Shown here in pieces: positions 55,401 to 64,000 of a stretch of DNA of 64,000 bases. Both the position numbers and the translations under genes were made by a program. Position 1 is the stretch's first letter; the number at the start of each line of letters is the position of its first letter. Source of the stretch: Eledone cirrhosa (lineage: Eukaryota); assembly GCA_964016885.1 (NCBI GenBank), contig OZ024740.1, positions 3,100,001-3,164,000 on the forward strand. Reading direction: 5' to 3'. A model generated the notes under the pieces. That model was not told where the DNA came from, ran no database searches, and saw nothing but the letters and a program-made list of their open reading frames with translations.

Positions 55401-58400
55401 ATACCTCACTAATACCTCACTAGACCTCACTAGACATCACTAATACCTCACAAATACCCCACTAGACCTCACTAATACCTCACTAGACCTCACTAGACCT
55501 CTCTAATACCTCACTAATACCTCACACAACCTCACTAGACATCACTAATACCTCACTAGACCTCTGTAGTACCTCCCTAATACCTCACTAATACCTCACT
55601 ATATATCATTATACCTCATTAATACCTCACTAGACGCCACTAATACCTCACTATACTTCACTAATACGTCACTACTACCTCACAAATATCTCACTTATAG
55701 CTCATTAGACTTCACTAATACCTCGCTAGTACCTCACTAATACCTCACTAATACCTCACTAATACCTCACTAAGACCACACTAGACCACTCTAATACCTC
55801 ACTAATAGCTCTCTAGACACTATTAGTACCTCACTAGATCTCACTAATACCTCAATAGACCTCACTAGACATCACTAAACCTCACTAATACCTCACTAAT
55901 ACATCACTAGACATCACTAATACCTCACTAGACCTCACTAATACCTCACTAATACCTCACTAGACCTCATTAATACCTCACTAATACCTCGCTAGACCTC
56001 ACTAATACCTCACTAGATCTCACTAATACCTCACTAATACCTCACTAGACCTCACTAATACCCCACTAATACCACACTAATACCTCACTAATACCGCACT
56101 AGACATCACTAGACCTCACTAGACCTCGCTAATACCCCACTAATACCACACTAATACCTCACTAATACCTCACTAGACCTCACTAATGCCTCACTAATAC
56201 CTCACTAAACCTCACTAATACCTCACTAATACGTCGCTAGACCTCACTAATACCTCACTAGACCTCACTAATACCTCACTAATACCTCGCTAGACCTCAC
56301 TAATACATCACTAGACCTCACTAATACCTCACTAGACCTCACTAATACCTCACTAATACCTCACTAATAACTCACTAATACCTCACTAGACCTCACTAAT
56401 ACCTCACTAGACCTCACTAGACATCACTAATACCTCACTAATACCTCACTAATAACTCACTAATACCTCACTAGACCTCACTAATACCTCACTAATACCT
56501 CACTAATAACTCACTAATACCTCGCTAGACCTCACTAGTACCTCACTAGACCTCACTAATACCTCACTAATACCTCACTAGACCTCACTAGACATCACTA
56601 ATACCACACTTATACCACACTAATACCTCACTAATACCGCACTAGACCTCACTAGACCTCACTAGACCTCGCTTCTACCTCACTAATACCTCACTAATAC
56701 CTCACTAGACCTCACTAGACATCACTAATACCACACTTATACCACACTAATACCTCACTAATACCGCACTAGACCTCACTAGACCTCACTAGACCTCGCT
56801 TCTACCTCACTAATACCTCACTAGTACCTCACTAGACCTCACTAATACCTCACTAATACCTCACTAGACCTCACTAGACATCACTAATACCACACTTATA
56901 CCACACTAATACCTCACTAATACCGCACTAATACCACAGGAAACCTCACTAATACCTCACTAGACCTCACTAATACCACACTAGACCTCACTAATACCTC
57001 ACTAATACCTCACTAGACCTCACAAATACCTCACTAGACCTCACTAATGCCTCACTAATACCTCACTAATACCTCACTAATACCTCGCTAGACCTCACTA
57101 ATACCTCACTAATACCTCACTAATACCTCACTAGACCTCACTAATACCTCACTAGACCTCACTAAACCTCACTAAAACCTCACTAATACCTCACTAATAC
57201 CTCACTACACCTCACTAGACCTCACTAATACCTCACTAATACCTCACTAGACCTTGCTGATACCTCACTAATACATCACTAGACCCCACTAGTCCTCACT
57301 AGACCTCACTAGACCTCACTAATACCTGACTAATACCTCAATAGACCTCACAAAAACCTCACTAATACTCACTAATACCTCACTAATACATCACTAATAC
57401 CTCACTAGACCTCACTAATACCTCACGAATACCTCAGTAATACCTCACTAGAACTCACTAATACCTCACTAATACCTCACTAAACGTCACTAATACCTCA
57501 CTAATACTTCACAAGACCTCACTAGACCTCACTAATAGCTCACTAAGACCTCACTAATATTTCACTAATACCTAGCTAGACCTCACTAATACCTCACTAG
57601 ATCTCACTAGACCTCACTAATACCTCACTAATACCTCAATAATACCCCACTCGACCTCACTAATACCTCACTAATACCTCACTAAACGTCACTAATACCT
57701 CACTAATACCTCACTAGACTTCACTAATACCTCACTAATACCTGACTAATACTTCAAAAGACCTCACTAGACCTCACTAATAGCTCACTAAGACCTCACT
57801 AATATTTCACTAATACCTCGCTAGACCTCACTAATACCTCACTAGACCTCACTAATAGCTCACTAATACCTCAATAATACCTCACTACACCTCACTAATA
57901 CCTCACTAATACCTCACTAGACCTCTCTAGACCTCACTAGACCTCACTAACCCTCACTAATATCTCACTAATACCTCACTAATACCTCACTAGATCTCAC
58001 TAGACCTCACTAATACCTCACTAATACCTCAATAATACCTCACTGGACCTCACTAATACTCCACTAGACCGCACTAATACCTCACTAATACCTTAGTAGA
58101 CCTCACTATTACCTGACTAATACCTCACTAGACCTCACTAATACCCCACTAATACCACACTTATACTTCACTAATACCTGACTTACCTCAATAGAACTCA
58201 CTAAACTTCACTAATACTTCACTAATACCTCGCTAGACCTCACTATTACCTCACTAATACCTCACTAGACCTCACTAATCCTCACTAATAACTCACTAAT
58301 ACCTCACTAATACCTAACAAGACCTCACTAGACCTCGCTAATACCTCACTAATACCTCAGTAAATATCTCACTAGATCTCACTAATACTTGACTAATAAC

Positions 58401-61400
58401 TTACTAATACCTCACTAGATCTTACTAATACCTTACTAATACCTCACTAATACCTCACTAGTACCTCACTAATACCTCACTAATAACTCACTAATAGCTC
58501 ATTACATCCCACTTATACCTCACTAATACCTCACTAGATCTCACTAATACCTAGCTAAAGCTGTCTAATACCTCACTAATACCTAGCTAGAACTGACTAG
58601 ACCTCACTAGAGCTCACTAATACCTCACTAATACCTCACTATACCTCACTAGACTTCACTAATACCTCAGTAATACCTCACGAGAATTCACTAGTACCTG
58701 ACTAAAACCTCACTAATACCTCACTACACCTCACTAATATCTCACTAATCCTCACTAATAGCTCACTAGACCTCACTAGACCTCACTAATCCCTCACTTA
58801 TACCTCACTAGACATCACTTATACATCACTAATACCTCACTACTACCTCACTAGACCTCACTAAACCTCACTAATACCTCATTAATACCTCACTAATACC
58901 ACACTAGACCTCACTAGACCTCACAAATACCTCACTAATACCTCACTAGACGTCGCTAATACCTCACTAATACCTCACTAATACCTCACTAATACCTCAC
59001 TAATACCTCACTAATACCTCACTACACCTCACTAATACCTCACTAGCCCTGATTAATACCTGACTAATACCTCACTAGACCTCTGTAAAACCTCACTAAT
59101 ACCTCACTAATACCTGACTAATACCTCACTAATACCTCACAAATATCTCTCTAATACCTCACTAATACCTCACTAATACCTCACTAATACCTCACTAATA
59201 CCTCACTAGACCTCTCTAATACCTCACTAATACCTCACTAATACCTCACTAATACCTCACTAGACCTCACTAATACCTCACTAATACCTCACTAATACCT
59301 CACTAATACCTCACTAGAACCCACTAATACCTCACTAATACCTCACTAGACCTCACTAATACCTCACTAGACCTCACTAATACCTCACTAATACCTCACT
59401 TGACATCACTAATACCCCACTAATACCTCACTAATACCTCACGAGACCTCACTAATACCTCACTAATACCTCACTAGACCTCACTAATACCTCACTAGAC
59501 ATCATTAATACCCCACTAATACCTCAATAATACCTCACTAGACCTCACTAATACCCCACTAGACATCACTAATACCTCAATAATACCTCACTAGACCTCA
59601 CTAATACCTCACTAATACCTTATTAATAACTCACTAGACCTCACTAGACCTCACTAGACCTCACTAATACCTCACTGGACCTCACTAATACCTCACTAGA
59701 CCTCACTAATCCTCACTAATACCTCACTAGACATCAGTAATACCTCACTAGACCTCACTAATACCTCACTTATACCTCACTAGACCTCACTAATACCTCA
59801 CTAATACCTCACTAATACCTCACTAGACCTCACTAATACCTCACTAATACCTCACTAATACCTCACTAATACCTCACTAGACATCACTAATACCCCACAA
59901 GACCTCACTAATATTTCACTAATACCTCACTAGACTTCACTAATACCTCACTAAACCTCACTAATACATCACTAATACCTCACTAATACCTCACAAATGC
60001 CTCACTAATACCTCACTAGACCTCACTAATACCTCACTCATACCTCACTAGACCTAACTAATACGTAACTAATACCTCACTAGACCTTTCTAGACCTCAC
60101 TAATACCTCACTAATACCTCACTAGATCCCACAAATAGCTCACTAGACCTCACTAATACGTCTCTAATACCTCACTAGTACCTCACTAACACCTCACTAA
60201 TACCTCACTAATACCTCACTAGACCTCCCTAATACCTCACTAGACCTCACTAATACCCACTAGACCTCAATAATACCTCACTAATTCCTCACTAGACCTC
60301 ACACTTACCTCACTAATACCTCACTAGACCTCAATAATACTCCACTAATACCACAGTAATACCTCACTAATACCGCACTGGACCTCACTAGACCTCACTA
60401 ATACCTCACTAATACCTCACAAGACCTCGCTAATACCTCACTAATACCTCACTAATACCTCGCTAGACCTCAATAATACTTCACTAATACCTCACTAGAC
60501 CTCACTAATACCTCACTAGACCTGACTAATACCTGACTAATACCTCACTAGACCTCACTAAAACCTCCCTATTAGCTCACTAATACCTCACAAATACCTC
60601 TCTAATACCTCACTAATACCTCACTAATACCTCAATAATACCTCACTAATACCTCACTAGACCTCTCTAATACCTCACGAATACCTCAGTAATACCTCCC
60701 TAGACCTCACTAATACCTCACTAATACCTCACTAGACTTCACTAATACCTCACTAATACCTCACTAATACCTCACTAATGCCTCACTAATACCTCACTAA
60801 ACCTCACTCATACCTCACTAGACCTAACTAATACCTCACAAATACCTCACTGATAACTCACTAGCTCTCACTAATTCCTCACTAATACGTAACTAATACC
60901 TCACCAATACCTCACTAGATATCACTAGACCTCACTAGACCTCACTAATACCTCACTAATACCTCACTAATACCTCACTAATACATCACAAATACCTCTA
61001 TAAAACCTCACTAATACCTCACTAATACCTCACTAGACCTCACTAATACCTCACTAATACCTCACTAATACCTCAGTAATATCTCACTAGACCTCACTAG
61101 ACCTCACTAATACCTCACTAATACCTCAGGAAACCTCACTAATACCTCACTAATACCTCGCTAGACCTCACTAATACCTCACTAGACCTCACTAATAGCT
61201 CACTAATACCTCACTAGTACCTCACTAATACCTCACTAATAACTCACTAATAGCTCATTACATCCCACTTATACCTCACTAATACCTCACTAGAGCTCAC
61301 TAATTCCTAGCTAAACCTCACTAATACCTCACTAATACCTAGCTAGAACTGACTAGACCTCACTAGAGCTCACTAATACCTCACTAATACCTCACTAGCC

Positions 61401-64000
61401 CTCACTAGACTTCACTAATACCTCACTAATACCTCACGAGACTTCACTGGTACCTGACTAGTACCTCACTAATACCTCACTAGACCTCACTAATATCTCA
61501 CTAATCCTCACTAATAGCTCACTAGACCTCACTAGACTTCACTAGAACTCACTAATCCCTCACTTATACCTCACTAGACATCACTTATACATCACTAATA
61601 CCTCACTACTACCTCAGTAGTCCTCACTAAACCTCACTAATAACTCATTAATACCTCACTAATACCACACTAGACCTCACTAGACGTCACTAATACCTCA
61701 CTAATACCTCACTAGACGTCGCTAATACCTCACTAATACCTCACTAATACCTCACTAATACCTCACTAGACCTCACTAATACCTCACTAATACCTCACTA
61801 CACCTCTCTAATACCTCACTAATACCTCACTAGACCTCACTAATACCTCACTAATACCTCACTAGACCTCACTAATACCTCACTAATACCTCACTAGACC
61901 TCTCTAAAACCTCACTAATACCTCACTAATTCCTCACTAATACCTCACTAATACCTCACAAATACCTCTCAAATACCTCACTAATACCTCACTAATACCT
62001 CACTAATACCTCACTAATACCTCACTAGACCTCTCTAATACCTCACTAATACCTAACTAGAACCCACTAATACCTCACTAATACCTCACTAGACCTCACT
62101 AATACCTCACTAGACCTCACTAATACCTCACTAATACCTCACTTGACATCACTAATACCTCATAAGACCTCACTAATACCACCCTAATGCCTCCTAGACC
62201 TCACTAGACCTCAATAATACTTCACTAATACCTCACTAATACCTCACTGGACCTGACTAATACCTGAATAATACCTCACAAGACCTCGCTAATACCTCAC
62301 TAATACCTCAATAATACCTCACTAGACCTCACTAAAACCTCACTAATACCTCACTATTACCTCACTAATACCTCACAAATACCTCACAAATACCTCTGTA
62401 ATACCTCACTAATACCTCACCAATACCTCAATAATACCTCAGTAATACCTCCCTAGACTTCACTAATACCTCACTAATACCTCACTAGACTTCACTAATA
62501 CCTCACTAATACCTCACTAATACCTCACTAATGCCTCACTAATACCTCACTAAACCTCACTAATACCTCACTCATACCTCACTAGACCTAACTAATACCT
62601 CACAAATACCTCACTAATAACTCACTAGCTCTCACTAATTCCTCACTAATACGTAACTAATACCTCACTAATACCTCACTAGAACTCACTAGACCTCACT
62701 AGACCTCAGTAATACCTCACTAATACCTCACAAATACCTCTCTAAAACCTCACTAATACCTCACTAATACCTCACTAGACCTCACTAATACCACAGTAAT
62801 ATCTCACGAGACCTCACTAATACCTCACTAATACTTGACTAATACCTCACTAATACCCCACTAGACCTCACTAATACCTCACTAATACCTCACTAGACCT
62901 CACTAGACCTCACTAATAGCTCACTAATACCTCACTAGACCTCACTAATAGCTCACTAATACCTCACTAGACCTCACTAATACCTCACTAATACCTCACT
63001 AATACCTCACTAGACCTCACTAATACCTCACTAATACCTCACTAATACCTCAGTAATATCTCACTAGACGTCACTAGACCTCACTAATACCTCACTAGAC
63101 CTCACTATTACCTCACTAGACCTCACTAGACCTCACTAATACCTCACTAATACCTCACTAGACCTCACTAATACCTCACTAGACCTCAGTAGACCTCACT
63201 AATACCTCACTAATATCTCACTAGACCTCACTAGACCTCACTCATACCTCACTAATACCTCACTAGACCTCACTAGACCTCAGTAGACCTCACTAATACC
63301 TCACTAATACCTCACTAATACCTCACAAGATCTCACTAGACCTCACTAATACCTCACTAATACCTCACTAGACCTCACTAAACCTCACAAGACCTCACTA
63401 AACCTCACTAATACCTCACTAGACCTCACTAATACCTCACGAGACCTCACTAGTACCTCACTAATACCTCACTCATACCTCACTAGACCTCACTAATATC
63501 TAACTAATCCTCACTAATAGCTCACTAGACCCCACTTGACGTCTCTAGACCTCATTTATACCTCACTAACACACCACTAGACCTCACTAATACCTCACTA
63601 ATACCTCACTAATACCTCACTAATACCTCACTAGACCTCACTAATACCTCACTAGACCTCATTAATACCTCACTAATACCTCACTAATACCTCATGAGAC
63701 CTCACTAATACCTCAATAATACCTCACTAGACCTCACTAATACCCACTAGACCTCAATAATACATCACTAATACCTCACTAGACCTCACACTTACCTCAC
63801 TAATACCTCACTAGACCTCACTAATACTCCACTAATACCACACTAATAACTCACTAATACCGTACTGGACCTCACTATACCTCACTATTACCTCACTAAT
63901 ACCTCGCTAATACCTCACTAATACCTCACTAATACCGCACTAGACCTCAATACTACTTCACTAATAGCTCAATAGACCTCACTAATACCTCACTGGACCT
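40424..64000. repeat. Mixed 10/11-bp satellite CCTCACTAGA / CCTCACTAATA, >=23.6 kb (about 2200 units), continuing beyond the window
   Basis: Continuous interspersion of the two monomers plus a minor CCTCACTAAA form, many single-base variants and kb-scale duplications. Copy number estimated from length. Confidence 0.98.

Noticed and set aside
40424-64000. Telomeric repeat array or telomere fusion (TATTAGTGAGG is G-rich and telomere-like)
   Set aside because: The C-rich strand is on plus with internal sequence to its left, the wrong polarity for a right chromosome end. The array is degenerate, has HOR structure and lies within an inferred intron.

Overview
Repeat-dominated animal (metazoan, probably invertebrate) genomic DNA; nothing prokaryotic. 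Left to right: (i) 1-3301, two decayed R4/Dong-clade non-LTR retrotransposons (RT + CCHC knuckle + restriction-like endonuclease) in tandem, each ending in a (TAA)n tail; (ii) about 600 bp of AT-rich and CA/CT-rich DNA; (iii) a 35 kb array of a 48-bp minisatellite with nested higher-order duplications; (iv) a unique island of about 135 bp; (v) 1.25 kb of (GGT)n/(GTT/GTA)n microsatellite; (vi) at least 23.6 kb of a mixed 10/11-bp satellite (CCTCACTAGA/CCTCACTAATA) running off the right end. The key observation is in the island. It holds a single 77-bp minus-strand exon (39156-39080) with canonical splice sites, encoding [25 protein letters not shown], which I recognise as part of the cAMP-binding domain of Epac/RAPGEF4. 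The window therefore appears to lie inside a host gene whose flanking introns (>=24.8 kb and >=39 kb) are mostly satellite. Just past the 48-bp array, on the same strand, is a consensus TTTTCAG|GTAAGT at 3614-3602, a candidate recursive-splicing point. Nearly all ORFs in the supplied track beyond 3.7 kb are repeat artefacts. Family assignments come from recalled motifs, not database searches.
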